A DNA stretch of 64,000 nucleotides from an uncultured Verrucomicrobiae bacterium. Lineage in GTDB: Bacteria > Verrucomicrobiota > Verrucomicrobiia > Chthoniobacterales > JAATET01. Shown in pieces: positions 25,900-35,879 of this stretch. Position numbers and translations under genes: made by a program. The first letter of the stretch is position 1; the number at the start of each line of letters is the position of its first letter. The stretch covers positions 160,001 through 224,000 of the forward strand of contig CAVRCI010000002.1 of NCBI GenBank assembly GCA_963719495.1, written 5' to 3'. The notes beneath the pieces were generated by a model. It did no database searches and was not told the origin of the DNA. It worked only from the letters and a program-made list of their open reading frames with translations.

Positions 25900-26709
25900 A
25901 TGAAATTCTTCGAGGGGTGCACAGCTTTGGTTACGGGGGCTTCGGCGGGGCTGGGGGCGGAATTTGCGCGGCAATTGGCTCCGGTGGCGGGTTCGCTGGT
26001 GCTGGTGGCGCGGCGGAACGAGCGGCTGGAGGAGTTGCGGGCGGAGTTGACGGAGAAATTTCCGAGGTTGTCGGTCTTCATTTACGCGGCGGATCTGGCG
26101 GACGAGGGGAAGCGGGTGGCGCTGGCTGAGTGGTTGAAGGAGCACGGGATCGCGGTCGATTTCCTGATCAACAACGCGGGGTTGGGCGATCACGGGGAGT
26201 TCGAGTCGAGCGAGTGGGAGCGGGTGCGGGCGATGCTGGACGTGAACGTCGCGGCGTTGACGCATTTGACGCATTTGCTGCTGCCGACTTTGCGGGCGGC
26301 GGATCGGGCGGCGATTCTCAACGTGAGCTCGGTGGCGAGTTTTTTTCCGCTGCCGAATCTGGGGGTTTACGCGGCGACGAAGGCTTACGTGACGAGCTTC
26401 TCGGAGGCGCTGCGGATGGAGCTGCTCGACTCGGGGGTGTCGGTGACGGCGCTGTGTCCGGGGCCGGTCGGGACGGAGTTCTCGGCGGTGGCGACGCGGT
26501 CGGGGAAGAACGATCTGGCTCACGCAGAGCAGATGGGCTTGATCGCGCAGACTCCGGCCATGGTGGTAAGGACGGGACTGGAGGCCGTGGTGGCGGGGCG
26601 GGCGCGGATCGTGCCGGGATTCCTGTTGGCGGCGGCGGTGGTCGTGGCCGGGGTGATCCCTTTCGTGATCGTTCGGGGAATCCTCTCGGCGAGCCGCGGG
26701 CGTATTTGA
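25900..26709 (+). CDS. Short-chain dehydrogenase/reductase
   Basis: TGASAGLG, NNAG, YAATK. Confidence 0.95.
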   Translation: MKFFEGCTALVTGASAGLGAEFARQLAPVAGSLVLVARRNERLEELRAELTEKFPRLSVFIYAADLADEGKRVALAEWLKEHGIAVDFLINNAGLGDHGEFESSEWERVRAMLDVNVAALTHLTHLLLPTLRAADRAAILNVSSVASFFPLPNLGVYAATKAYVTSFSEALRMELLDSGVSVTALCPGPVGTEFSAVATRSGKNDLAHAEQMGLIAQTPAMVVRTGLEAVVAGRARIVPGFLLAAAVVVAGVIPFVIVRGILSASRGRI

Positions 26710-26760
26710 TCGTGTGACTGAGGATTTGAATTTGTTGGCGGGATCGCGGAAGGTGGGCTT

Positions 26761-27789
26761 GTGAAAAATTTCACAAAGTATGTCGGAGGGGTGTCCGAGA
26801 TGGACGTGGGGTCGGCCTTCAAGCAGACGTTCGAGCTGATCAATCCGCACCTTTACACGGTGGAGGAGCGGATTCGGCAGCAGGCGAGGGTGTTCGATCC
26901 GGCGGTGGAGGGTTACGTGGCGTATGCGATCAATTCCGGTGGGAAGCGGATTCGTCCGGCGTTGGCGTTGCTGGCGGGCGGGGCGACGGGGAAGATCACT
27001 TCGAGCCACGTGGATCTGGCGGTGATCCTGGAGCTGATTCACGTGGCGACGTTGGTGCACGACGACATCATGGATGACGCGGAGACGCGGCGGGACCAGC
27101 CGACTCCGAACGCGAAGTGGGGGAATTCGTTGAGCGTGTTGCTGGGGGATTGTCTGTTTGCGCACGCTCTGCGGCTCTCGACGAATTTTTCGAACACGGA
27201 CATCAGCCGCCGGATTGCGGACGCTTCGGCGGACGTGTGCCAGGGTGAGATCATTCAGACTCAGCGGCGGTTCGATCTGAAATTGTCGACGACGGATTAC
27301 TACAAGATCATCGAGATGAAGACGGCGGCGCTGTTTTCGACGGCGTGCGAGTTGGGGGCGTTCATCAGCGAGGCGAGCCCGGAGACGATCGGGGCGATGC
27401 GGACATTCGGGACCCGGCTGGGGACGGCTTACCAGATTTACGATGACATTCTGGACATCGTGGGGGACGAGGTGCGAGCTGGGAAGACGCTGGGGACGGA
27501 TTTGGTGAAGGGGAAATTGACGTTGCCGGTGATCCTGATGCTGCAGTCGGCGCGAAACAAGGAGCGGGAGCGGCTGCGGGAGTTGTTGCTGCACGACAAT
27601 GGGGATGGTCACGCGGAGATCACGGAATTGCTCGAGCGGAGCGGGGCTCTGAAGACTTCGGTCGAGACGGCTCGGCGGATGGTTGGGGAGGCCCGGGGGG
27701 AGCTCGAGATTGTTCCGGCGAACCGGTATCTCAATGGGCTGGTGGCGGTGACTCGGCATTTGGATGGGTTGTTGGATCAGTTTGTTTGA
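26761..27789 (+). CDS. Long-chain polyprenyl diphosphate synthase (start may be 26800)
   Basis: GGKRIRP, LVHDDIMD, KTA, YQIYDDILD. Confidence 0.95.
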   Translation: MKNFTKYVGGVSEMDVGSAFKQTFELINPHLYTVEERIRQQARVFDPAVEGYVAYAINSGGKRIRPALALLAGGATGKITSSHVDLAVILELIHVATLVHDDIMDDAETRRDQPTPNAKWGNSLSVLLGDCLFAHALRLSTNFSNTDISRRIADASADVCQGEIIQTQRRFDLKLSTTDYYKIIEMKTAALFSTACELGAFISEASPETIGAMRTFGTRLGTAYQIYDDILDIVGDEVRAGKTLGTDLVKGKLTLPVILMLQSARNKERERLRELLLHDNGDGHAEITELLERSGALKTSVETARRMVGEARGELEIVPANRYLNGLVAVTRHLDGLLDQFV

Positions 27790-27903
27790 GGCGGGGCGTT
27801 TTCGGTGAGGGGAGTGTCCGGCTTCGCCGGATTGGGTTGGTTCGGCGATTGCAAATCGCCGCTCCTCGAGTTGCGGCTCTCTCGCTGCGCTCGACTTGCC
27901 GGG

Positions 27904-27952
27904 TGATGCGGCGGGACGCCGCATCTCGCACGCGGGGACGCGTGCGCTCCCC
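27904..27952. repeat. 49-bp REP-like repeat copy
   Basis: Identical to 25471-25519. Confidence 0.9.
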
Positions 27953-28033
27953 GGCGGCTGGAGCCGCCGCTTGTTGAACTGATTGTTGCTCGATCTTTGC
28001 GGTTGGTGGTGGTTTCGTGTTGGTCCGTTGTCG

Positions 28034-28864
28034 ATGCAGAGTTTCGAAGCTGAGTCCCCCGTTGCGACCGAGAGGTCGTTGGTCGATGCCCGTGAGGCGG
28101 GCGACTCGGCGTGGAATTGGACGGTGCGGCGGACTTGGGATTACGGGATGCAGTTGGCGAGTCTCCTGTATCTTTTCGTGGGCGGGGTGCTGGTGACGCT
28201 GATTTCTCCGATCGTGAGGATTGCGCTGGGGGGGCGGAAGGGGGCGGGCGCCGAATGGGTGGCGGGGCTGTTTCGCGGATACGTGCGGTGGTTGACCTGG
28301 CTGGGGCAGTTCGAGGTGAAATACGAGGGGCTCGAGAAGGTGGGCGATGTGCGCGGGGCGATCATTGCGGCGAATCATCCCGGGATTCTCGACGCGGTGT
28401 TTTTGATCAGTCGAGTGCCGCGGGCGGCCTGCATCATGCGGGCGAGTCTGATGCGGAACTGGGCGTTTGCGGGCTGCGCGAAGTTGGCGGAATACGTGCC
28501 GAACGATCGGGGGGCGGACTCGATCCGGCAGTGCCGGGAGAAGCTGGCGGCGGGCGAAAATTTGCTGATTTTTCCGGAGGGCACGCGGACCTGGCCGGGG
28601 GCGCGGGGGGTGAATCGGTTCAAAACCGGGTTTGCGCTGACGTCGGTGCTGTCGGGGACGCCGATCCACACGGTGCTGATCGAGCGGCAGGGGGATTACC
28701 TCGGGAAGGGGAGGAATTTATGGCTGCCCGCGGTGCCGCCGATTCGGATGACGATCCGGACTGGTGCCGTTTTTGCGCCGAGGGAGGGCGAAAGCGCGAA
28801 GGAGCTTTCGGCCAGGCTGGAACGGTATTTTCGGGATGAGCTGGATCATCCCGTCGGGGCGTGA
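28034..28864 (+). CDS. 1-acyl-sn-glycerol-3-phosphate acyltransferase family protein
   Basis: NHPGILD and FPEGTR motifs. Confidence 0.92.
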   Translation: MQSFEAESPVATERSLVDAREAGDSAWNWTVRRTWDYGMQLASLLYLFVGGVLVTLISPIVRIALGGRKGAGAEWVAGLFRGYVRWLTWLGQFEVKYEGLEKVGDVRGAIIAANHPGILDAVFLISRVPRAACIMRASLMRNWAFAGCAKLAEYVPNDRGADSIRQCREKLAAGENLLIFPEGTRTWPGARGVNRFKTGFALTSVLSGTPIHTVLIERQGDYLGKGRNLWLPAVPPIRMTIRTGAVFAPREGESAKELSARLERYFRDELDHPVGA

Positions 28865-28874
28865 TCGGAGTGGG

Positions 28875-29630
28875 ATGACGGGAGGAGTCAGTGAGACGCA
28901 GTGTGTGATCATCCCGAGCTACAACAGCGGACCGCTGCTGGCCGAGGTCGTGGGAGCGGTGGCGGCGAGGTGGTTGCCGGTGTGGGTGGTGGTCGATGGG
29001 AGCACGGATGGGAGCGAGGCGGCGGTTGTCGCGATGGCGGAATCTTCCGGCGTGAGGTGCCTGGTGCTGGGGGAGAACGTGGGCAAGGGCGGTGCGGTTC
29101 TGGAGGGGCTGCGGGCCGCTCGGAAGGCGGGAATGACTCAGGCGCTGGTGATGGATGGGGATGGGCAGCACGACGTGGGGGCGATCGAGGAGTTCATGGC
29201 GGTGGGCGCGGCGGAGGGGAATGGGGCCATGATTCTCGGGAAGCCGGTGTTCGGTCCGGAGGCTCCCGGTGAGCGGGTGAAGGGGCGGCGGATAGGGAAT
29301 TTCTTCGCGGATCTGGAGACGGACTTTGGGGGGATCGGGGATTCGTTGTTCGGGTTTCGGATTTATCCGGTTGGGACGACGCTGGAGGTGCTGGAGTCCG
29401 TGAAAACGGCGCGGCGGTTCGACTTCGATACCGAGGTGGTGGTGCGGCTTTTCTGGCGAGGGGTGCGTCCGGTCAATCGCGACGTGGCGGTGTATTATCC
29501 ACCGAAGGCGGCGGGAGGGGTGACGCATTTTCGGTATTTGCGGGATAATCTGGTGCTGATTTGGGCGCACGCCCGGTTGTTGATTGGCTCGGTGGGTTGG
29601 CGGGTGGGGCGGTGGGGCGCCGGGGGCTAG
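28875..29630 (+). CDS. Glycosyltransferase family 2
   Basis: IIPSYN, VVDGSTDG, GKG.A, MDGDGQH, FD.E. Confidence 0.93.
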   Translation: MTGGVSETQCVIIPSYNSGPLLAEVVGAVAARWLPVWVVVDGSTDGSEAAVVAMAESSGVRCLVLGENVGKGGAVLEGLRAARKAGMTQALVMDGDGQHDVGAIEEFMAVGAAEGNGAMILGKPVFGPEAPGERVKGRRIGNFFADLETDFGGIGDSLFGFRIYPVGTTLEVLESVKTARRFDFDTEVVVRLFWRGVRPVNRDVAVYYPPKAAGGVTHFRYLRDNLVLIWAHARLLIGSVGWRVGRWGAGG

Positions 29631-29633
29631 TGA

Positions 29634-30521
29634 ATGGTGGAGGGTGATGTGATGGGTCGGAGAGTCGGAAAGCCGGGAGGTTGGAAGGGCGGAGGTCTGG
29701 ACTGGCGCTGCGCGCTTTTGTCGGGACTTGGTGTCTTCGGGGTGGCTCACGGGGCGGTGCTTTATGGGAGTCTGCGGCGAAACTCGGGTTGGTTTGGGCC
29801 GCTGGTTCGGGGGTTCGAGACGGCGGGGAAGGAGGTGTGGCTGACGATCGACGACGGGCCGGAGCCTCGGGACACGCCCGGGATGCTGGACGTGTTGGCG
29901 GAGCACGGGGCGCGGGCGACGTTTTTTTTCGTCGGGCGAAAGGCGGAGCGGGAACGGGATTTGGTCTGGCGGGCTCGGCGGGAGGGGCACGGGATCGGGA
30001 ATCACACGTATTCGCACCCGGCGGGGGCGTTTTGGACGTTGCCGCCTGGGATGATGGCGCGGGAGATTCGGCGGGGGGCGGACGCGCTGGAGGCGGCTTC
30101 GGGAGTTCGACCGACGCTGTTTCGGTCGCCGGTGGGGATGACGAATCCGTTCGTTCACCCGGTGCTTCGGCGGGAGGGGGCGGCGCTCGTGGGTTGGTCG
30201 GTGAGTGGGGTGGATGGGTTGGGCGATCGCGGCGAAGTTGTGGTGCGGCGGATCGTGGCGGGGCTGCGGCCCGGGGGGATCGCGGTGCTGCACGAGGGGG
30301 GGGCTCCGGGGCGGGTGGAGACTTTGCGGATGTTGCTGGAGGAGCTGGGTCGGTTGGGTTGGCGGTGCGTGGTGCCGGAGATTGGGCGGGTGATTTTTCA
30401 CGCAGAGCACCGGAGCCTGGGAAGGCTCGGGGCAGCTCCCGGCTCTGCGGGACCCGAAGGGCGAGACGAGCGGGAGCGAGCGAGGCAAGCGCAGAGGCGC
30501 AGAGGGGATGAAATTCGATGA
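29634..30521 (+). CDS. Polysaccharide deacetylase family protein
   Basis: LTIDDGP, ATFF, GNHTYSH, FRSP.G, VLHE. Confidence 0.93.
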   Translation: MVEGDVMGRRVGKPGGWKGGGLDWRCALLSGLGVFGVAHGAVLYGSLRRNSGWFGPLVRGFETAGKEVWLTIDDGPEPRDTPGMLDVLAEHGARATFFFVGRKAERERDLVWRARREGHGIGNHTYSHPAGAFWTLPPGMMAREIRRGADALEAASGVRPTLFRSPVGMTNPFVHPVLRREGAALVGWSVSGVDGLGDRGEVVVRRIVAGLRPGGIAVLHEGGAPGRVETLRMLLEELGRLGWRCVVPEIGRVIFHAEHRSLGRLGAAPGSAGPEGRDERERARQAQRRRGDEIR

Positions 30522-31432
30522 GTGGGGGGACGAAGCCTCATTACGAGAAGTGGTTTTTCAAGACGCTTTACACGCCGGCGGTCTTTGAGCTGATGGCGCG
30601 GTTGTCGGGGGTGTTTGGGCGGAGGTTTTGCCGGTGGGTGGGGCGGACGATTTCGTTGGGTTATGGACTGACGCAGACGGGGGTTCGCGAGACGGTGCAA
30701 CGGAATTTGAGCCTCCTGGGGGAAGAGGTGGCGACTCGGGAGAATGCGTTGGGGGTGTTCGCGGAGTTTGGCGAGACGATTGCGGATCTGGTGCGGTTGG
30801 GGGCGATCGATCCGGCCGACGCGGAGGCGATCTGTCCGGAGCGCGGGGGCGTGGAGCACATCGATGAGGCTCTGGCCCACGGGAAGGGGGCAATCCTGGC
30901 GACGGGGCACTTTGGTTTTTTCGAGTTCGGGGCATTGTTGCTGGGTCAGATGGGGTTGCCGATTTCGGTGGTGACTTTGTCGGAACACGTTCCGGCGCTG
31001 ACGGAATGGAGGGCGGACTTTCGGCGGAAATGGGGTGCGGACACGATCGAGATCGGGCCGGATGCGTTTTCCTCGCTGCGGGTCGTGAAGGTGCTCAACG
31101 GCGGTGGGCTGGCGGCGATGCTGGTGGACCGGCCGCACGATCATGCGGCGGTGGTGGCGGCTCCGAATGGGCGGACCCGGTTTTCGGAATCACCGGCGCT
31201 GCTGGCTTATCTGGGGGATTGTCCGGTGATCCCGGTGACGATTTCGCGGCGCGCGGACGGAAATTACCGGATGGTGGCGCGGCCTTGCGTCTGGCCGCGG
31301 CGGCTCGGGGAAAACCGGGCGGAGTGCGTGCGGCTGGGGACGGAGGCGGTGGCGGCGGGGTTGTTTGCGGAGTTCCAGCGGGAGCCTCGGCAGTGGTTTC
31401 ACTTTGTGCCGGTGGGGGTTGGGGGGGCGTGA
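30518..31432 (+). CDS. LpxL/HtrB-like lipid acyltransferase
   Basis: G.G.IL.TGHFG.FE, LVDR, C-terminal P.QWF.F. Confidence 0.88.
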   Translation: MSGGTKPHYEKWFFKTLYTPAVFELMARLSGVFGRRFCRWVGRTISLGYGLTQTGVRETVQRNLSLLGEEVATRENALGVFAEFGETIADLVRLGAIDPADAEAICPERGGVEHIDEALAHGKGAILATGHFGFFEFGALLLGQMGLPISVVTLSEHVPALTEWRADFRRKWGADTIEIGPDAFSSLRVVKVLNGGGLAAMLVDRPHDHAAVVAAPNGRTRFSESPALLAYLGDCPVIPVTISRRADGNYRMVARPCVWPRRLGENRAECVRLGTEAVAAGLFAEFQREPRQWFHFVPVGVGGA

Positions 31433-31478
31433 TTGGTGATTGGTGATTGGTGACTGGTGACTGGTGATTGGTGGGTGA
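31429..31478. repeat. Heptamer microsatellite (GTGA[TC]TG)n
   Basis: About 6 tandem units beginning at the stop codon; similar tracts near 21362, 23655, 25314 and 33464. Confidence 0.85.
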
Positions 31479-31610
31479 GGGGGGAGTGTCCGGCTTTGCC
31501 GGATTGGGTTGGGTCGGTAGCCGGAGCGAAGCGGAGATAGGCGGAGCCAATTGCAAATTGCCTCTTCTTGGAATGCGGGCGGCTCCCCGGCTTTGCCGGG
31601 GTTGCCTTGT

Positions 31611-31659
31611 TGATGCGGCGGGACGCCGCATCTCGCACGCGGGGACGCGTGCGCTCCCC
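31611..31659. repeat. 49-bp REP-like repeat copy
   Basis: Identical to 25471-25519. Confidence 0.9.
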
Positions 31660-31684
31660 AGCGGCTGGAGCCGCCGCTCTTGAA

Positions 31685-33457
31685 TCAGCCTTTTTTTGTC
31701 GTTTGGATGTGGAGGTCTCTTAGTTGGCGGGGTTCGACCCCTGCCGGGCTGTGGGACATGAGGTCCTGGCCTCGGTTGTTTTTGGGGAACGCGATGACGT
31801 CGCGGATGGATTCCGCGCCCGCCAGGAGCATGACCAATCTGTCCAAGCCGAAGGCGATTCCGCCGTGGGGTGGGGCTCCGAAGCGGAAGGCGTCGAGGAT
31901 GTGGCCGAAGAGTTCGGTCTGCTCTTCGTCGCTGACGCCGAGGGCGGTGAACATTTTCTTTTGAAGGTCGCCTTCGTGAATTCGGAGGCTGCCGCCGCCG
32001 AGTTCGACTCCGTTGAGGACGACGTCGTAGGCGACGGCGCGGAGGGTTGCGAGGTCGGTGCCGGGGGTGGCGAGCTTCTCTTCGTCTTCGGGGTGCGGGC
32101 GGGTGAAGGGGTGGTGGACGGCGTTCCACTTGTTGTCTTCGGCGGAGAAGGCGAGGAGCGGGAATTCGGTGACCCAGAGGAAGTTGAGCGCCGTTTCGTC
32201 GGCGACCAGTTTCTGGATTTCCGCAACGCGGAGGCGGACCCGGCCGAGGACTTCGCAGGCGGTCTCCCACTTGTCGGCTCCGAAGAGGATGAGGTCGCCT
32301 TCTTCGATGGCCATGGTCTCAGCGAGGGCGGCTCGTTCGGCGTCGGTGAAAAATTTGACGATGGGGGATTTCCATTCGCCGTCTTCGACTTTGACGAAGG
32401 CGAGGCCCTTCGCACCAAATTGCTTGGCGCGGTCGGTGAGGTCGTTGATCTGGCCGCTGGTGATACCGGCGAAACCTTTGACGTTGATTGCCTTCACGAC
32501 TCCGCCGTTGTCGAGGGTGCCGCGGAAGACTTTGAATTCACTCGTGGCGAAGACGGGGCCGAGATCCTTGATTTCGACGCCGAAGCGGGTGTCGGGTTTG
32601 TCGCTGCCGTAGCGGTTCATCGCATCCTGGTAGGTGAGGCGGGGGAAGGGGAGCGCGATGTCGATGTCGTGGGATTGCTTCACGACGGCGGCGAGGATTT
32701 TTTCGGCGAGGGCGAGGATGTCTTCTTCGGTGATGAACGAGGCTTCGACGTCGAGCTGGGTGAACTCGGGTTGGCGGTCGGCGCGGAGATCTTCGTCGCG
32801 GAAACAGCGGGCAATCTGGAAGTAGCGCTCGATGCCGCCGACCATGAGGAGCTGCTTGTATTGCTGCGGAGCCTGCGGGAGGGCGTAGAAACCGCCGGGG
32901 GTGAGGCGCGAGGGGACGAGGAAATCGCGGGCACCTTCGGGTGTGCTCTTGGACAGGATGGGGGTTTCGATTTCGAGGAAACCTTCGGCGTCCATCGTGT
33001 CGCGGATCGTTTTGATGACGCGGTGGCGCAGGCGGAGGTTGCGGCGCATGTCGGCGCGGCGGATGTCGAGGTAGCGGTATTGGAGGCGGAGGTCTTCGTT
33101 GGCGACGCGGCCTTCGATCGGGAAGGGGAGGACGTCGGCTTTGTTGAGAACCGTGATGGCGGTGGCGACGATCTCGATCTCTCCGGTGGGGAGGCGGGGG
33201 TTTTCCGTGCCGAAGAGGCGGGGTGCAACGGTGCCGGTGATGGTGACGACGTCTTCGCCGCGGAGGCCGTGGGATTGCTCGGCGACCTGGGGTTGCTCGT
33301 CGGGGCGGAAGACGATCTGCGTGATGCCTTCGCGGTCGCGGAGGTCGATGAAAATGACGCCGCCGTGGTCGCGGCGGGAGTCGACCCAGCCAGAGAGGGT
33401 GACGGTGGACTCGGCGTCGGTGGCGCGGAGGGCGGAGCAGTGGTGGGTGCGATACAT
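31685..33457 (-). CDS. aspS: Aspartate--tRNA ligase
   Basis: MYRTH, RDHGG..FIDLRD, CFRDEDLRADRQPEFTQ, GAPPHGGIA.GLDR. Confidence 0.98.
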   Translation of the reverse strand: MYRTHHCSALRATDAESTVTLSGWVDSRRDHGGVIFIDLRDREGITQIVFRPDEQPQVAEQSHGLRGEDVVTITGTVAPRLFGTENPRLPTGEIEIVATAITVLNKADVLPFPIEGRVANEDLRLQYRYLDIRRADMRRNLRLRHRVIKTIRDTMDAEGFLEIETPILSKSTPEGARDFLVPSRLTPGGFYALPQAPQQYKQLLMVGGIERYFQIARCFRDEDLRADRQPEFTQLDVEASFITEEDILALAEKILAAVVKQSHDIDIALPFPRLTYQDAMNRYGSDKPDTRFGVEIKDLGPVFATSEFKVFRGTLDNGGVVKAINVKGFAGITSGQINDLTDRAKQFGAKGLAFVKVEDGEWKSPIVKFFTDAERAALAETMAIEEGDLILFGADKWETACEVLGRVRLRVAEIQKLVADETALNFLWVTEFPLLAFSAEDNKWNAVHHPFTRPHPEDEEKLATPGTDLATLRAVAYDVVLNGVELGGGSLRIHEGDLQKKMFTALGVSDEEQTELFGHILDAFRFGAPPHGGIAFGLDRLVMLLAGAESIRDVIAFPKNNRGQDLMSHSPAGVEPRQLRDLHIQTTKKG

Positions 33458-33473
33458 GTTGCGTGATTGGTGA

Positions 33474-34709
33474 CTAGTGAGTGGTGATTGGTGGGAATGC
33501 GGTGAGGGCGTCGCGGTCGATGGTGATTTCTTCGCGGGTGGCGAGGGTTTTTATTTTTACCGTCGGGTATTCTTCGCCAATTAGGATCGTTTTTTTGGCT
33601 CCGAGGGATTCGGCGGTTTTGAACTGTTTGTTGAGTTTGGTTTCGGTGAGGGGGTAGTCGGTGCGGTGGCCGGCGGTGCGGAGCTGCTGGACGAGGGCGA
33701 GGGCTTCGGGGCGTTTGGTTTCGTCGGCGATGAGGACGTAGAAGTCGGTGGCCGTTGGCGTGGGGCGCTTGGCGGCGGCGGTGGGGGTTTCGTCGATGAA
33801 GTTTCCCAGGACGACGTCGCCCATGCCGAAGCCGATGGCGGGGAGGTCGGTGGCGCCCTCGCTGAGGTCGGCCAGGAGAGTGTCGTAGCGGCCGCCGCCG
33901 GCGACGGCGCGGTTCTTTGCTCCCCAGTCGAAGATTTCGAAGACGAGGCCGGTGTAGTAGGCGAGGCCGCGGACGATGGAGAGGTCGACGTCGACGTAGT
34001 CGCGCAGGCCGCGGGCGGCGAGGTCGGCGAGGATTGCGGAGAAATCGTCGGGGCTGCCGGTGGCGATGAATTCGCGGAGGTCGGCGAGGGTGAGGCCGTG
34101 CGGGGCAAGGCTGGCTTCGACTTTTTCGGCGGGGTCGCGGTCGAGTTTGTCGACGATGGCGAGGACGGCGGAGGGGTCGGCGACGTGGCGGTCGGTGAGG
34201 TAGCGGGTCCAGGCTCGGCGGTCGCTGAGGCGGACGACGAAGTCGCTTTCCGTGAAGCCGAGGTCGCGGAGGATGTCGATGGAGAGGGCGATGAGTTCGG
34301 CGTCAGCGGCCGCTGATTTGTCGCCGATGAGGTCGGCGTTGAATTGGATGAACTCGCGGAGACGGCCTTTCTGCGGTCGCTCGTAGCGGAAGAAGGTGGC
34401 GATGGAAAACCACTTGAGCGGCTTTTTGTAGTTTCTCTCCCGGGCGGCGACCATGCGGGCGAGGGTGGGGGTGAGCTCGGGGCGCAGGGCGACGTCGCGG
34501 CCGCCTTTGTCGGTGAAGCGGTAGAGCTGGGTGAGGATCTCGGCGTTGGCTTCGTTTTTCTTGGCGTAGAGGTCGGTGGATTCGAGGACGGGGCTGTCGT
34601 ATTCGACGAAGCCGTAGCGGCGCGCGATGGTGCGCCAGCGCCCGAGGAGGTAATCGCGCCGGGCGCAGTCTTCGGGGAAGAAATCCCGGAATCCGGTGAG
34701 TGACTGCAT
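33474..34709 (-). CDS. hisS: Histidine--tRNA ligase
   Basis: LRPELT, FRYERPQKGR.REF.Q, RGLAYYTG, GGRYD. Confidence 0.98.
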   Translation of the reverse strand: MQSLTGFRDFFPEDCARRDYLLGRWRTIARRYGFVEYDSPVLESTDLYAKKNEANAEILTQLYRFTDKGGRDVALRPELTPTLARMVAARERNYKKPLKWFSIATFFRYERPQKGRLREFIQFNADLIGDKSAAADAELIALSIDILRDLGFTESDFVVRLSDRRAWTRYLTDRHVADPSAVLAIVDKLDRDPAEKVEASLAPHGLTLADLREFIATGSPDDFSAILADLAARGLRDYVDVDLSIVRGLAYYTGLVFEIFDWGAKNRAVAGGGRYDTLLADLSEGATDLPAIGFGMGDVVLGNFIDETPTAAAKRPTPTATDFYVLIADETKRPEALALVQQLRTAGHRTDYPLTETKLNKQFKTAESLGAKKTILIGEEYPTVKIKTLATREEITIDRDALTAFPPITTH

Positions 34710-34781
34710 CCGGGGTAGGTAAGCGGAAGCGGCGGGGCGGGGGAAACCTGAAATTGCCGGTGATGGTGCCGAGCTGGCAAA

Positions 34782-34829
34782 GCGCTCACCGATTAAACGT
34801 AACGGCCGTTACATTTAATCGGTGAGCGC
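34782..34829. repeat. 48-bp near-perfect palindrome upstream of hisS
   Basis: 24-bp arms, one mismatch, no spacer. Confidence 0.9.
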
Positions 34830-34907
34830 CGGGGGTGGTGAGAGCATTGTTACCCCCGCTTCTCTGGGGTTGCCGTCGGGGTCGACGGAAGGGTGAACTT
34901 TGGGTGA

Positions 34908-35879
34908 TTAGGACTTGAGATCTAGAAGGATCTTCCCGGCTCGGGAGTCGGTGGTGGCGGCTTCAATCGCGGCTTGGATTTCTTCGAGTGGGAAGGTTTT
35001 GGCGACGGGGACGTGGATGGTGCCGTCGGCGACGAGGTTGGCGAGTTCGGCGAAGGTGGTGGTGCGGTCTTCGGCGGTGGTTTCTTCGAACCAGCGGCGG
35101 AGCCAAAATCCCTGGAAGGAGATGTCTTTGAAGATGAGGAGTCCGGCGGGGGCTTTGAACGGCTGGCGGGACATCGCTCCGTAGGTGACGTGGACTCCGC
35201 CGGGGGCGAGGGCGCTGGCGATGTCGAGGGCCGACTGGCCGCCGACGGCGTTGAGCGCGAGGCGAGGGGGAGTGTCGGCGATGGGGCTTTTTTTTCGAAG
35301 GTCGACGTCGTCGGTGAGGACGAGGTCGGCTCCGAGTGCGGTGAGTTCGGGGATGAGCTCGGGGCGTCGGACGAGGTTGAGGGTTTTGATTCCGAGACTT
35401 TTGGCGATTGCGATGACGCAGCGGCCGACGCCGGAATTGGCGGCGTTTTGGATGATCCAATCACCGGGTTCGAGGCTGACGAAGATGTGCAGCATGGCGT
35501 GGGCGGTGGGCGGATTGACGCAGAGCATGGCGGCCTGGAGCGGGTCGATGCCGGGTGGAAGCTTGATGGCGTCGGCGACGGGGAGGTTGCGGTGGTGGCA
35601 CCAGTTGCCGAGGGCGGTGTTGGCGATGAGGTCGCCGATGGCGAAGTCGGTGACTTCGGATCCCAGTGCGGTGACGCGGGCACAGCCTTCGTTGCCGATC
35701 GTGGCGGGTGGCTCGGGGAGGTTCCCGTAGGTGCCGTCGATCACGTTGAGGTCGGCGGGGTTGATGGGGGCGGCGAGCATTTCGATCTGGAGCTCGTTGG
35801 CGGCGAGTGGCGGGAGTTCGAATTCGTCGAGTTGGAGGACGTCGGTGGGTTTGCCGAAGGCGTGGATACGGGCGTTCAT
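34908..35879 (-). CDS. MDR-family trans-2-enoyl-thioester reductase (MECR/Etr1-like)
   Basis: APINPADLN...G.Y, GNEG, VNPPTA, QNAANSGVG, TYGAMS. Confidence 0.92.
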   Translation of the reverse strand: MNARIHAFGKPTDVLQLDEFELPPLAANELQIEMLAAPINPADLNVIDGTYGNLPEPPATIGNEGCARVTALGSEVTDFAIGDLIANTALGNWCHHRNLPVADAIKLPPGIDPLQAAMLCVNPPTAHAMLHIFVSLEPGDWIIQNAANSGVGRCVIAIAKSLGIKTLNLVRRPELIPELTALGADLVLTDDVDLRKKSPIADTPPRLALNAVGGQSALDIASALAPGGVHVTYGAMSRQPFKAPAGLLIFKDISFQGFWLRRWFEETTAEDRTTTFAELANLVADGTIHVPVAKTFPLEEIQAAIEAATTDSRAGKILLDLKS

